A program made the position numbers and the translations under genes. Below are positions 47,008 through 55,283 of a stretch of 64,000 bases of DNA, piece by piece. Location of the stretch: IMG/VR virus record IMGVR_UViG_3300009509_000001, positions 32,001-96,000 of that record; one strand, 5' to 3'. The DNA comes from a virus. Below the pieces are notes generated by a model that saw only the letters and a list, made by a program, of their open reading frames with translations, was not told the DNA's origin and ran no database searches. Positions within the stretch are counted from its first letter, which is position 1; each line of letters opens with the position of its first letter.

Positions 47008-47519
47008 TCAGCCGACTCCGTGATGGTCTCGTCGCTGTTAGCGCGGTAGCCCGTGTTCGACGGGCCGATGTTGCAGCCGTACTGGTCCGTATAACCGGGG
47101 TTCACGATGTCTTCGTTCTTGAAGACGTGGCGCCGGAAGTCGACGTTGCGGGTCAGGCTGCGCATGACCTCCATGGTATTGTTGGCGACGGTTGTCTGGG
47201 CACTCAGCTTCTGCTCAAGCTCGAAGACCTTCCTGTCGCGCTCGAACATTCCACGTTCATGCGTCAACTGCGCCTCCTGGGCGCTGAGGTCGTCGGCCAG
47301 CTTCTCGAGCTTGTCGGCCTTCAGCTTCAGATCGCGGAGAGCGCAGAGCTCCTTGGCGTTCTCGGTTATGGTCACGTCCTGCTCCGCGATCCGCTTCTCC
47401 ATCTGGTCGGCCTCGGACAACCGGTCCTTGACGAAGCCGCAGACGTGCTCCGGCATTTCGGCTTTGAGCAGCTTGACCATGTCGTCATGCAGCTTCTTGC
47501 TCAGCTTCTGTTCACTCAT
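47004..47519 (-). CDS. Coiled-coil hypothetical protein
   Basis: Start at MSEQKL with AAGGAG SD. Confidence 0.7.
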   Translation of the reverse strand: MSEQKLSKKLHDDMVKLLKAEMPEHVCGFVKDRLSEADQMEKRIAEQDVTITENAKELCALRDLKLKADKLEKLADDLSAQEAQLTHERGMFERDRKVFELEQKLSAQTTVANNTMEVMRSLTRNVDFRRHVFKNEDIVNPGYTDQYGCNIGPSNTGYRANSDETITESAE

Positions 47520-47548
47520 GGGTATCTCCTTTGTGTTAATGGTAATGG

Positions 47549-48421
47549 TTATACGGCGATCGGGGCGATGATGGCCGGATGCGGATCGTACCCGATCCAC
47601 TCGACGTCTTCGTGCGTCCAGCCGAAGATGCCGCCGGGGTTCGTCACCTTGACGCATGGCAGATCCCGCATCTTGCGCCGCAGCTGCTCCTCGATCTGCT
47701 CGATGTGGTTGACGTACACGTGGCAGTCGCAGAGCGTGCCGGTAAGTCGTCCGGGCGTCGCGCCGATCTCACGGCACAGCAGCACGAGCAGCATGGCGTA
47801 GCTCGCGATGTTGAAGGGCACGCCCAGGAACATGTCGCAGCTCCGCTGATGCCAGTGCAGGTTGATCACGCCGTTGACGTACGTGATGTTCCACAGGACG
47901 TGGCAGGGCGGAAGCGCCATCTCGCCGTGCTGTACCGGGTTCCAGGCGCTGCATACCATGCGCCGGTCGTTCGGCATGTTGTGCAGCTTCCAGACGATGT
48001 TGGCCAGCTGGTCGGTCGAGCTCATGTACTCGGGCTCCTTCTTCAGGCCGGCGCTCACCAGCTTGTAGGGCTGCCCGTGGCGGCGCCACTGGTAGCCGTA
48101 GATCGGCCCCAGGTCGTTCCAGTCCTCCTGGCTCATGCCGTAAGGACGGGTCAGCGAGTTGCTCCACTCGTTCCAGATGTTGCACTTGCGGTCCTTGTAC
48201 CACTGCTTGTCCGTGATGCCGCCGATGAAGCCCTCGAGCTCCACGAGCATGGTGCGCTTGGCCATCTTCTTGGTGGTCAGCAGGGGGAAGCCCTCCTTCA
48301 TGTCGTGTTCGAAGTGCTGGGGCGGCAAAACGAGCGTGTCGACGCCCGTGCGGTTCTCCTTCACGTCACTGTCCTGAAGACAGCGCTGAAGCATGTCAAG
48401 ATAACAGAGTTCACCGTTCAT
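47549..48421 (-). CDS. thyA: Thymidylate synthase
   Basis: Start at MNGELCY; FPLLTTKK, LGPIYGYQWR, MALPPCH, HQRSCDMFLGVPFNIASY, DCHVYVNH. Confidence 0.96.
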   Translation of the reverse strand: MNGELCYLDMLQRCLQDSDVKENRTGVDTLVLPPQHFEHDMKEGFPLLTTKKMAKRTMLVELEGFIGGITDKQWYKDRKCNIWNEWSNSLTRPYGMSQEDWNDLGPIYGYQWRRHGQPYKLVSAGLKKEPEYMSSTDQLANIVWKLHNMPNDRRMVCSAWNPVQHGEMALPPCHVLWNITYVNGVINLHWHQRSCDMFLGVPFNIASYAMLLVLLCREIGATPGRLTGTLCDCHVYVNHIEQIEEQLRRKMRDLPCVKVTNPGGIFGWTHEDVEWIGYDPHPAIIAPIAV

Positions 48422-48438
48422 CCGTAATTCCTTTAGGG

Positions 48439-48954
48439 TTAGAGTTGCGCTTGGATCGGGTGCGCATGGGGCGCAAGCGGCATGGCCAACGGGCTTTGCT
48501 CCGTCAGCGACGGCTGGTTCCAGTTGGTGTGATCCCCGTCGTAGTAGGCTACGGTGGACATCAGGACCCCGAAGTCGAAGCCCTCGAGATGCGCATAAAG
48601 CTCCGGCAGCATAATCCGGACGTGCTCGCGTTGTTCTTGCGGGAACATGGCGTTGAACTGACCGGCGATCAACGACGGCGCCTCGTGGCAGAAGTCGACG
48701 AGCGCCTTGGCCTTCTCGGGCATGGCCAGTTCCCACAGGTCGCACATCATGCGGACGGTGCTGACGCGCACCATCCTGATGCACGGCCGTTCCAGGAAGT
48801 CCGAGAGACTGCTGGGCCGAAGCGCGAACGAGCCGCCGGGCCATGTGGGCGCCAGCAGGTCGAACAGTTCGGGCGGCCGGGCTTCACGCATCAGCCGCTT
48901 GGCGATGTCGGTCGTGTTCTCGGCACACTCGATGAGTTGCATAATGTCGCTCAT
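48439..48954 (-). CDS. Hypothetical protein
   Basis: 171 aa; coupled to the upstream small ORF. Confidence 0.65.
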   Translation of the reverse strand: MSDIMQLIECAENTTDIAKRLMREARPPELFDLLAPTWPGGSFALRPSSLSDFLERPCIRMVRVSTVRMMCDLWELAMPEKAKALVDFCHEAPSLIAGQFNAMFPQEQREHVRIMLPELYAHLEGFDFGVLMSTVAYYDGDHTNWNQPSLTEQSPLAMPLAPHAHPIQAQL

Positions 48955-49109
48955 TCTGCTTTGTCGCCCATTGGCTTGGCAATGACCTTGGCGCCCTCGC
49001 CGACCACGGATTCGGCCGCGGCCTGCACTTCGTCGATCAGGCGTTCTTCCTGCTCATCGTCGATGAGCACCGGCAGTTGTACCACGAGGTACTTGTTTCG
49101 CTTCTCCAT
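48951..49109 (-). CDS. Small hypothetical protein (52 aa)
   Basis: Below the track cutoff; MEKRNKYLVVQLP...; AAGGAG SD. Confidence 0.55.
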   Translation of the reverse strand: MEKRNKYLVVQLPVLIDDEQEERLIDEVQAAAESVVGEGAKVIAKPMGDKAE

Positions 49110-49125
49110 GAGTAGCTCCTTTGTG

Positions 49126-50013
49126 TTAATAGGTATAATGGGAAAGTTCTGTCTCGTCGTCGTCTTCCGGGAACAGGTCGCGCGCCTTTTCGGTCCGGTT
49201 GTTGGCCTGCGCCCGCGCCGTCTCCAGCGTGCTCATCGCCCGGGTGAGGCTGTTCTGCGTCTGCTTCATCGTATTGATCAGCCGGTCCATTTCAGGATCC
49301 TGCACGATCTGGTCCTTGCGCTGCTTGAGCGAGTCCAGGGCCGTGCGGTGCGTCCACGACTGTCGACCGCTCACGTCGACGATCACGCCCTCGCTTCGCA
49401 GGAAGTCCCGGACGTCCTCCAGCTCCTTGATCTTCTTTTCGATGCGCTCCTGCCGCTCCCGTGTGGCCGAGAGCTCGTGGGCCAGACTGCTCCGCAGCAT
49501 TCTGCCGATGGTCAGCGCGTCCTGCTCCAGCTCCATCGACCGCTTGACCCTGGCGATCCGTTCCTCGCGCGTGAACTCCGACTTGTCCATGAGCCCCAGC
49601 TTGTTGAGGATCATACCTAAAAAATAGACGGGGCGATAGGTTACCGTGCGGTACGGCGCCTTTTTGACGGTGCGCATGCCCGTCCCGTTCTTGTGAACGT
49701 ATATGAGTCCGGCGTCTGCCGGCACTTCATCCTTCTTGATGACGCCGTGCGGGCACACGAAATACAGGTTGTTGCACATCTCGAGGTACTGGTGCCACTT
49801 CTCGTCCTGCACGAAGTCCTGGCGGCTCACCTTGATCTCGTAGCCCCATATCTGGATCTTGCTGTAGGCGGGCTTGATCGCGATCGCGTCGATGCGGCTC
49901 TGGTGCCCCAGGACGCTGCGGCCGTAGTCCGTCACCTCGTCGAAGAAGATGTGGCGCTGCGATTCCGCGCGCTTCATAAGCAGATGCCTGATGTCCCTTG
50001 CCGTGATGTTCAT
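49126..50013 (-). CDS. MmcB-like PD-(D/E)xK nuclease-fold protein with coiled coil
   Basis: RIDAIAI...WGYEIKVSRQDF..DEKW.QYLEMCN.LYFV.P. Confidence 0.75.
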   Translation of the reverse strand: MNITARDIRHLLMKRAESQRHIFFDEVTDYGRSVLGHQSRIDAIAIKPAYSKIQIWGYEIKVSRQDFVQDEKWHQYLEMCNNLYFVCPHGVIKKDEVPADAGLIYVHKNGTGMRTVKKAPYRTVTYRPVYFLGMILNKLGLMDKSEFTREERIARVKRSMELEQDALTIGRMLRSSLAHELSATRERQERIEKKIKELEDVRDFLRSEGVIVDVSGRQSWTHRTALDSLKQRKDQIVQDPEMDRLINTMKQTQNSLTRAMSTLETARAQANNRTEKARDLFPEDDDETELSHYTY

Positions 50014-50774
50014 GCCAGTTCAAGCGCCTCCTCATAGACTTCGAGCAGGTCTTTGCCGGGCGGCGTCCGAAGCAGCAGATCGAGTTCCATCTCGACACAC
50101 CGCATGTCGTTGAGTTTGCGCCACGGCCCGGCGAATATGATCGAGGCGTTGGCGAGCAGCGTGTTCAGGAAGGCGATGCGGTTCATGTGGATCTCGGCCC
50201 AGTTCGGTATCTTGATCTCCGTGGCCTCCTGGATGACCCGGAAGCCGTTGCGCAACGTGCCGCCGTAGTTGTAGGTGGTTAGCGGCAGGAAGTCCAGTGC
50301 CCGGATGGCCAGGAACGCTTCGGGGTACGCGGCGTCCGTGTGGAACAGGTCGAGAGTGCCGGTGCATCCGAAGTAGGCCGTCATGTTGATCAGGCACTCT
50401 ACCTGCACGATCGCACCGTGCTTGATTCCCAGCGTCTTCAGCATGTCGTAGGCGTAGTCGGCACTGCGCTTCTCGTTGTCGCGGAAGCGCGGGTCGTACA
50501 CTACGTCGTGCAGGATGATGGCCAGGTGCAGGATCGCACGGTCCACGTTCTCGTGGATAAGTTCGTGGAAGGTTCCGGCGTCGCTCATCATCTGCGCCAC
50601 ATGGCCGACGGCTCCGTCGGCCTGGAACATGACGTGGTAGCGCCTGCCGGCGTGCTCGTCGTAGCAGTGGAGCACGGCGTAGAACGCCTGGGTGATCTTC
50701 TCGTCGTTCGTCGCGCCGAGTTTCTTGCAGGCGGCGAACCATACCTGCCGCATCATTTCTGGTCTGCTTATCAT
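50010..50774 (-). CDS. HD-superfamily metal-dependent phosphohydrolase (COG4339-like)
   Basis: Start at MISRPE; RRYH...HV...LAIILHDVVYDP...DNE..SA. Confidence 0.75.
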   Translation of the reverse strand: MISRPEMMRQVWFAACKKLGATNDEKITQAFYAVLHCYDEHAGRRYHVMFQADGAVGHVAQMMSDAGTFHELIHENVDRAILHLAIILHDVVYDPRFRDNEKRSADYAYDMLKTLGIKHGAIVQVECLINMTAYFGCTGTLDLFHTDAAYPEAFLAIRALDFLPLTTYNYGGTLRNGFRVIQEATEIKIPNWAEIHMNRIAFLNTLLANASIIFAGPWRKLNDMRCVEMELDLLLRTPPGKDLLEVYEEALELA

Positions 50775-50782
50775 TCTTATCC

Positions 50783-51034
50783 TCAGTTCCGCTGCTGCGG
50801 GTGTTCCTCGTTGTCTTTCCTGATGGCCTCGTACAGGTTCATCAGGGCTTCTCGCGTGTGCGGCGATTGGCCGCCGCCGGCGCCGATCGAACAGAACTCC
50901 ATCGACGGGATCATGCTGGGCCTTGCGGCATCGTCCAGCACGAAGCCGATTATGACGTCGCCATCCTCCTGCAGCATCACCGTGATGCGGCCGCGGGGGC
51001 TCATGTCTTCGAATCTGGTTACCGGTTCTTTCAT
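50783..51034 (-). CDS. Hypothetical protein
   Basis: 83 aa from MKEPVT; EFC..G.GGGQSPHT..AL. Confidence 0.6.
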   Translation of the reverse strand: MKEPVTRFEDMSPRGRITVMLQEDGDVIIGFVLDDAARPSMIPSMEFCSIGAGGGQSPHTREALMNLYEAIRKDNEEHPQQRN

Positions 51035-51040
51035 TGGCGT

Positions 51041-51090
51041 AAAAAGGGCGGGGGATGCCACACGGCCGAGGCCATGATGGTCCCCCGCCC
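51041..51090 (-). terminator. Rho-independent terminator after the Tad1-like gene
   Basis: GGGCGGGGGA...TCCCCCGCCC 10-bp stem followed by TTTTT. Confidence 0.7.
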
Positions 51091-51105
51091 GACCTTTGTG
51101 AAAAG

Positions 51106-51792
51106 TTAGGGTCTAAGGCGCCCTTCAACGCCGCGCTTCTCGCGGTCGCTCGTGCGCTTGTTCATCCACATGAGCGCCTCTTCCAGACGCATGATGGCCT
51201 GCTCGTTCTCCTTGCAGGCGTACTTGCCGGCCTGGAACGCCTGCATGCGGTCGATGATTATGGCGATCAGCGGCTCGTGCTGCAGACCGTTGACGCCGTT
51301 GTGCTTGACGGGGCCTTCCTGGAAGTGGATGCTCATCAGGCTGCGGCCGTGGTCCGTGTCGTCGTTGCTGAACACCTCGTACTGGTGGCACGCTCCGCCG
51401 GGACCCGGCCGGTCCATGCTGCAGACCTCAAGGGCCTTGTCGCTGTAGATCACCCGCACGTGCTCGGGCACGTCCACGATCTTCGGCGCTTCGGCCTTCG
51501 GCTTGTAGACCGGGGGCGTGAACGTGATCTCGTGGGCCGGATCGCCGTCGACGAATATGGTGAACGTCGTGTGGTCGATGTGCTGGGCCTTCTGCAGCGT
51601 ATGGTTGTCGAACACGTAGCCCAGGATGTGCGCGTAGTGCGGCGAATCCTGCAGCATGTCGTGGAACTCGTCGGGAACCCGGATGAACACCACCCGGTCC
51701 TGCCCGCGGTACTGCCGGAGCGCACGGCGCAGCGGGGTCGTGTCCACGCGCTCCAGGTAAAGCTCGTTCGGTGTCGGTATGTAGTCTGCCAT
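51106..51792 (-). CDS. tad1: Tad1/Acb2-family immune-signal sponge with extra N-terminal domain
   Basis: C-terminal ~100 aa: GPGGACHQY...IHFQEG...NG...LIAIIIDRMQAFQAGKYACKENEQAIMRLEEALMWMNKRTSDREKRGVEG, matching the recalled Tad1 pattern GPGGA.H.Y...FQKG...DRL..FQAG...REN..A....EEALMWMN.R..DR..R.V.G. Confidence 0.8.
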   Translation of the reverse strand: MADYIPTPNELYLERVDTTPLRRALRQYRGQDRVVFIRVPDEFHDMLQDSPHYAHILGYVFDNHTLQKAQHIDHTTFTIFVDGDPAHEITFTPPVYKPKAEAPKIVDVPEHVRVIYSDKALEVCSMDRPGPGGACHQYEVFSNDDTDHGRSLMSIHFQEGPVKHNGVNGLQHEPLIAIIIDRMQAFQAGKYACKENEQAIMRLEEALMWMNKRTSDREKRGVEGRLRP

Positions 51793-51802
51793 TGTATCCT
51801 CC

Positions 51803-52564
51803 TTATGTCGATAAACTTATGTTGTCCGTCAGTGCGTTCTTCGCCGCATCCAGCTCGGCCTGAAGCTTCTTCCATTCGGCGCTCATGTCGAGTCCGAACT
51901 CGGCCAGGGCCGTCTGCTTGCTGACCACTCCGGCCTGCATGGCCTTCATGAACACGTTCGGCTGCGTGTTGGGCGTGCCCTGGAACTGTACCGGCTGTTT
52001 GAACTGATGCCACTTGCCGACGCCCTGTTTCTTCGGCGCCATGCGGCCCTGCGCATAGGCTTCGCGGATGACCATGTTGGCCAGGCGCACGTCTATCTTG
52101 CAGACGCGGACGACGTCCTGGCGCTGGAACCACGGACTCTTCTTGGACTTGCACCACTCGCGAATCTTCTCGATGTGAACGTCCAGCGACTGCTTGGACA
52201 CCACGGGCCATCTGGTCCACCGCCGAAACCGCGGTTTTTTATGCTCGCGAGTAATCCTGATGCCGCCGATCGCCTGCATGTCCATGCGGTCGACGTGGTT
52301 GCCCGGAAAGACCTGCATGCCCCAAAGGGTCGGCTCGGCCATGCCGTGACTTGTCTGATACTTCTGACTGCGCCGAAGCCCGTCGTAGGCCGCCGGCGGG
52401 ATCATCAGCGCCACGTTGTCGGCGTCGATGCTCGCCCGGTTCAACCCTGCCCAGGCGCCTGCGGCCGCCAGCTCCGAGAGCGTGATGCCCATGGCCTGGG
52501 CGGTCGCTTCGCGCTCCGACAGCTTCTTGGGGTCCTGCAGCATGTTCTGATTCTGGTACATCAT
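51803..52564 (-). CDS. wHTH-like protein with portal-like C-terminal segment
   Basis: Start at MMYQNQ; FQRQDVVRVC...ANMVIREA...GKWHQF; ends AGVVSKQTALAEFGLD. Confidence 0.7.
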   Translation of the reverse strand: MMYQNQNMLQDPKKLSEREATAQAMGITLSELAAAGAWAGLNRASIDADNVALMIPPAAYDGLRRSQKYQTSHGMAEPTLWGMQVFPGNHVDRMDMQAIGGIRITREHKKPRFRRWTRWPVVSKQSLDVHIEKIREWCKSKKSPWFQRQDVVRVCKIDVRLANMVIREAYAQGRMAPKKQGVGKWHQFKQPVQFQGTPNTQPNVFMKAMQAGVVSKQTALAEFGLDMSAEWKKLQAELDAAKNALTDNISLST

Positions 52565-53217
52565 GGTCTGAACGCCTCGCCGAACATGGTGTTCTTGTAG
52601 AATTCGTTCATCATCTGCTCGCCGAACTCCTTCGGTATGGTCGCGCTTCCGCTGCGGGCCATGTTCTTGAGCGTGGCGACGCGGCGCTTCCACCAGCGGC
52701 CCGACCGCTCGATCAGCTTGTAGCTCTCGGCGTCCTTGAGCATGCGATGGGCCTTGCTCTTCGTGACGTCGAACTCCTTCATGACCATGCCACGGTTGAT
52801 GTAGCTGCTGCCGGTCTGTTCCTCGCGCCGCTTCAGCATGTCCTCGATCTGCTCGTAGTGGAGCCAACGGGCGCCGACGTTGAAATTCACGGCCTTGACG
52901 GCGCTGGCGTTGGCTACGCTGGCGCCGACCTGCTCGCGCACCCGGAACTGCATCATGTATGCCTTGTCCTTGCCGACGGCCGGATCGACGTGGACGTCGA
53001 ACGGCTGGTTCTGGTACTCGCTCATGAAGCGCTTCCGGACATCGTCCTGCCGATGCGGTATGAGCGCTGCGTGCGGGTTATTACGCGGGATGGTTATCAC
53101 CACTTCCTGCGGCGGCACGGCCTTGAGCCGGCCGTTCTTGTCGATGGTCACGAAGCCGTCGCCGTACAGCAGGGCGTCGCGCGTCGCCTTCTCCATTTCG
53201 TGTTCGAACTCTGTCAT
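52561..53217 (-). CDS. wHTH-like protein with portal/terminase-like motifs
   Basis: YINRGMVMKEF...AHRMLKDA...IERSGRWW; N-terminal DALLYGDGFV, FMSEYQNQP, VDPAVG. Confidence 0.7.
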   Translation of the reverse strand: MTEFEHEMEKATRDALLYGDGFVTIDKNGRLKAVPPQEVVITIPRNNPHAALIPHRQDDVRKRFMSEYQNQPFDVHVDPAVGKDKAYMMQFRVREQVGASVANASAVKAVNFNVGARWLHYEQIEDMLKRREEQTGSSYINRGMVMKEFDVTKSKAHRMLKDAESYKLIERSGRWWKRRVATLKNMARSGSATIPKEFGEQMMNEFYKNTMFGEAFRP

Positions 53218-53697
53218 TTATCGTACCTCGAATTTAACGTCTATTACATGGGCCGGCTGTTGAACCGTCACGTCGACCAGCAGCCTGTTCGGATCGTTCG
53301 GGTCCACGCGCACCTCGTCCACGTCGAAGATCTTGCGGGCGAACCCGTCTTCGCGCTGGCGCATGCGCAGGTAGTCGTTGGACGCCTTGGCCAGTGCCTT
53401 GGGCTCGGTCGTCAGCTCGTACCATTTACCGACGCGCTTGGCCTTGAGCATGGTCACCGCCCATTTCAGGATCTTGGCCGCCTCCGCCTCCGTCAGATTC
53501 GCGTGACGAAGCAGGTCGCTGCGCCGCACGTAGAACTTTCCGTTCTCGTCCGGGTTCTTGCCGGCCGTGGCCTTGGCCACCACGGAGTCCCATACGGGTC
53601 CGTAGGCCAGGCCGTCCTCGAGATCGTCGAGCAATCCCTTGATGATCGCCTGGTTCACTCTGGTCAGCTTCGAAACCGTTTCGTCGAATGCTTTCAT
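53218..53697 (-). CDS. wHTH-like protein carrying a copy of the MCP N-terminal segment
   Basis: FYVRRSDLL...AAKILKWA...VGKWYEL; NDYLRMRQREDGFARKIFDV. Confidence 0.75.
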   Translation of the reverse strand: MKAFDETVSKLTRVNQAIIKGLLDDLEDGLAYGPVWDSVVAKATAGKNPDENGKFYVRRSDLLRHANLTEAEAAKILKWAVTMLKAKRVGKWYELTTEPKALAKASNDYLRMRQREDGFARKIFDVDEVRVDPNDPNRLLVDVTVQQPAHVIDVKFEVR

Positions 53698-54155
53698 GTC
53701 GTCTCCGGCGCCTTGTGTTTGTACGGATGTCTGTCCGGTAGTTGGTCGTACAGCCCATGTCGATGGGCCATGTAGCCTTCCACCTTCTCGCGGATGGCGG
53801 TCTGCCGGTCCTTGAACCGGTACCAGCAGCCGTTGGCGTGCCGGAGCATGCCGCCCCTGATCAGGGTCTCGAGCGCCTCTTCGGCTTTCGGCCCGAACAG
53901 ACGGAAGAGCTCCGACCGGCAGGTGTAGACGCAGCCCGACTCGTCCGGCGTCTTCCGCTCCAGGAACTCGGCGAGCTTAGTGCGGTAGTGCGTGAACGTC
54001 TGCGGCCTCGGGATGTCCTCGTGCACGACGGCAAACCCGTTCGTGATGGCCTTCACGCTTATGACTCCGTCCTCCGGGTCCTTGAAGCTGACGAACTCGC
54101 TGTCCATCACTTGCGGAACGACGGGCGACGGGAAGCTCATGCCGTAGGTGTTCAC
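53694..54155 (-). CDS. wHTH-like protein carrying the tail-fibre module C-terminal motif
   Basis: VYTCRSELF...AEEALETL...NGCWYRF; ends EGYMAHRHGLYDQLPDRHPYK. Confidence 0.75.
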   Translation of the reverse strand: MNTYGMSFPSPVVPQVMDSEFVSFKDPEDGVISVKAITNGFAVVHEDIPRPQTFTHYRTKLAEFLERKTPDESGCVYTCRSELFRLFGPKAEEALETLIRGGMLRHANGCWYRFKDRQTAIREKVEGYMAHRHGLYDQLPDRHPYKHKAPETT

Positions 54156-54418
54156 AGAATGTCCTCGTTGGTCAGGGCCTTACGCACTTCGGCCAACAGC
54201 CCTTCCTGGTTCACGTAATGTCGTTTGCTGTGCTTGCCGCTGGCCCACCGGCCGTTGACGCGCAGTCTGTATTTGTAATCGTCGGCGGGATCGTTGGTCC
54301 ACTGGGATTTGCGGAACACTTCGATCCTGCATGAGCCTTCCCGCCCACGCAACAAAGTCAGGTTGCCCACGGGTAGTCGTTTCTCAGCCATTTGTCGGTA
54401 CCTTTGCTTCTTGGCCAT
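54152..54418 (-). CDS. Basic hypothetical protein
   Basis: 88 aa; first gene after a terminator/promoter gap. Confidence 0.6.
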   Translation of the reverse strand: MAKKQRYRQMAEKRLPVGNLTLLRGREGSCRIEVFRKSQWTNDPADDYKYRLRVNGRWASGKHSKRHYVNQEGLLAEVRKALTNEDIL

Positions 54419-54520
54419 GGCATTTCACGGGCGGTTCGCCTGAGCGCCATTGCAGCTTCGTTTACGGCTAATATGCGGCGTTACAGCGGCAACTTCAAGC
54501 GCTGCCGGAAAAAAGGCATG

Positions 54521-54547
54521 AAAAAAGCCGCCGGTCGACCCGGCGGC
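54521..54547 (-). terminator. Rho-independent terminator
   Basis: GCCGCCGG-GTCGA-CCGGCGGC then TTTTTT. Confidence 0.8.
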
Positions 54548-54572
54548 CAGGGAGAGAAGAGTCCGAAAGGGT

Positions 54573-54818
54573 TCAACGGACTCCGATGGCGTTCAATTTC
54601 TCTATGATCAGGTCATGGATCTCCGGGGCGGCCTCCTTCCCGGTAAAGTCCACGAATTTGTCGTCCAGGCTTCGGTATGCCGTGGACGTAACTGGTACCT
54701 TGGTCCCGAACAGGACCGTCAGGTCGAAGATGCTGCGTCTGATGGTCACCAACACCAGAACGCGCCCCTCCACGTTGTCTTTGCCGAGGTATCTTACCTC
54801 CTTCGTCATTGCCTCCAT
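54573..54818 (-). CDS. Hypothetical protein
   Basis: 81 aa; AGGAGG SD. Confidence 0.65.
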   Translation of the reverse strand: MEAMTKEVRYLGKDNVEGRVLVLVTIRRSIFDLTVLFGTKVPVTSTAYRSLDDKFVDFTGKEAAPEIHDLIIEKLNAIGVR

Positions 54819-54836
54819 GCCTCCTAGCGTTTGGCG

Positions 54837-55283
54837 TTACAGAAACTTCTCCAGCTCGTCGTTGAGCTTCAGATAGCCTTCAGGGGCTTTGTCGCCCTTG
54901 AAAATCAATTCGACCTTTGCCTTCGTGTTGCGGCTGAACATGCCGCGGCGCATTTCGATGCTCATCTCGTGCTTGCACTCGTCGTCGTCGCACTCGTGTT
55001 CGTCCAGGCCACCGATCTCCACGTCGAACTCCATGCGCATCTTGTCGAGGCGAATGCCGCTGGCTGGCATGAGCGCAAGCATCGGCACTTCGATCTCTCG
55101 CATGGCTCCATCGCCGCCCGGCACCGGAACCTGCAGCTTGAGGGTCTTGACCTTTCCGTCCTCGTCGATGTGCTGCTTGATCGTATCAAGATGCTGGTTG
55201 CGCACCAGTTCCTGGGCCTTGATCACCGCGTTCTGCAGCGCCCGTATAAGTTTGCTCAGTCCCGTTACTCGTTTGTGTGCCAT
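54837..55283 (-). CDS. DUF2589-like protein (partner type)
   Basis: L..LIRALQNAV..AQ......IEVPMLALMP.S...D.M.MEFDV...I.L...G...PEG..KL. Confidence 0.65.
   Translation of the reverse strand: MAHKRVTGLSKLIRALQNAVIKAQELVRNQHLDTIKQHIDEDGKVKTLKLQVPVPGGDGAMREIEVPMLALMPASGIRLDKMRMEFDVEIGGLDEHECDDDECKHEMSIEMRRGMFSRNTKAKVELIFKGDKAPEGYLKLNDELEKFL

Noticed and set aside
47549-48421. dCMP/dUMP hydroxymethylase for DNA hypermodification
   Set aside because: All canonical ThyA motifs are intact, including the dUMP-specifying Asn in PFNIASY.
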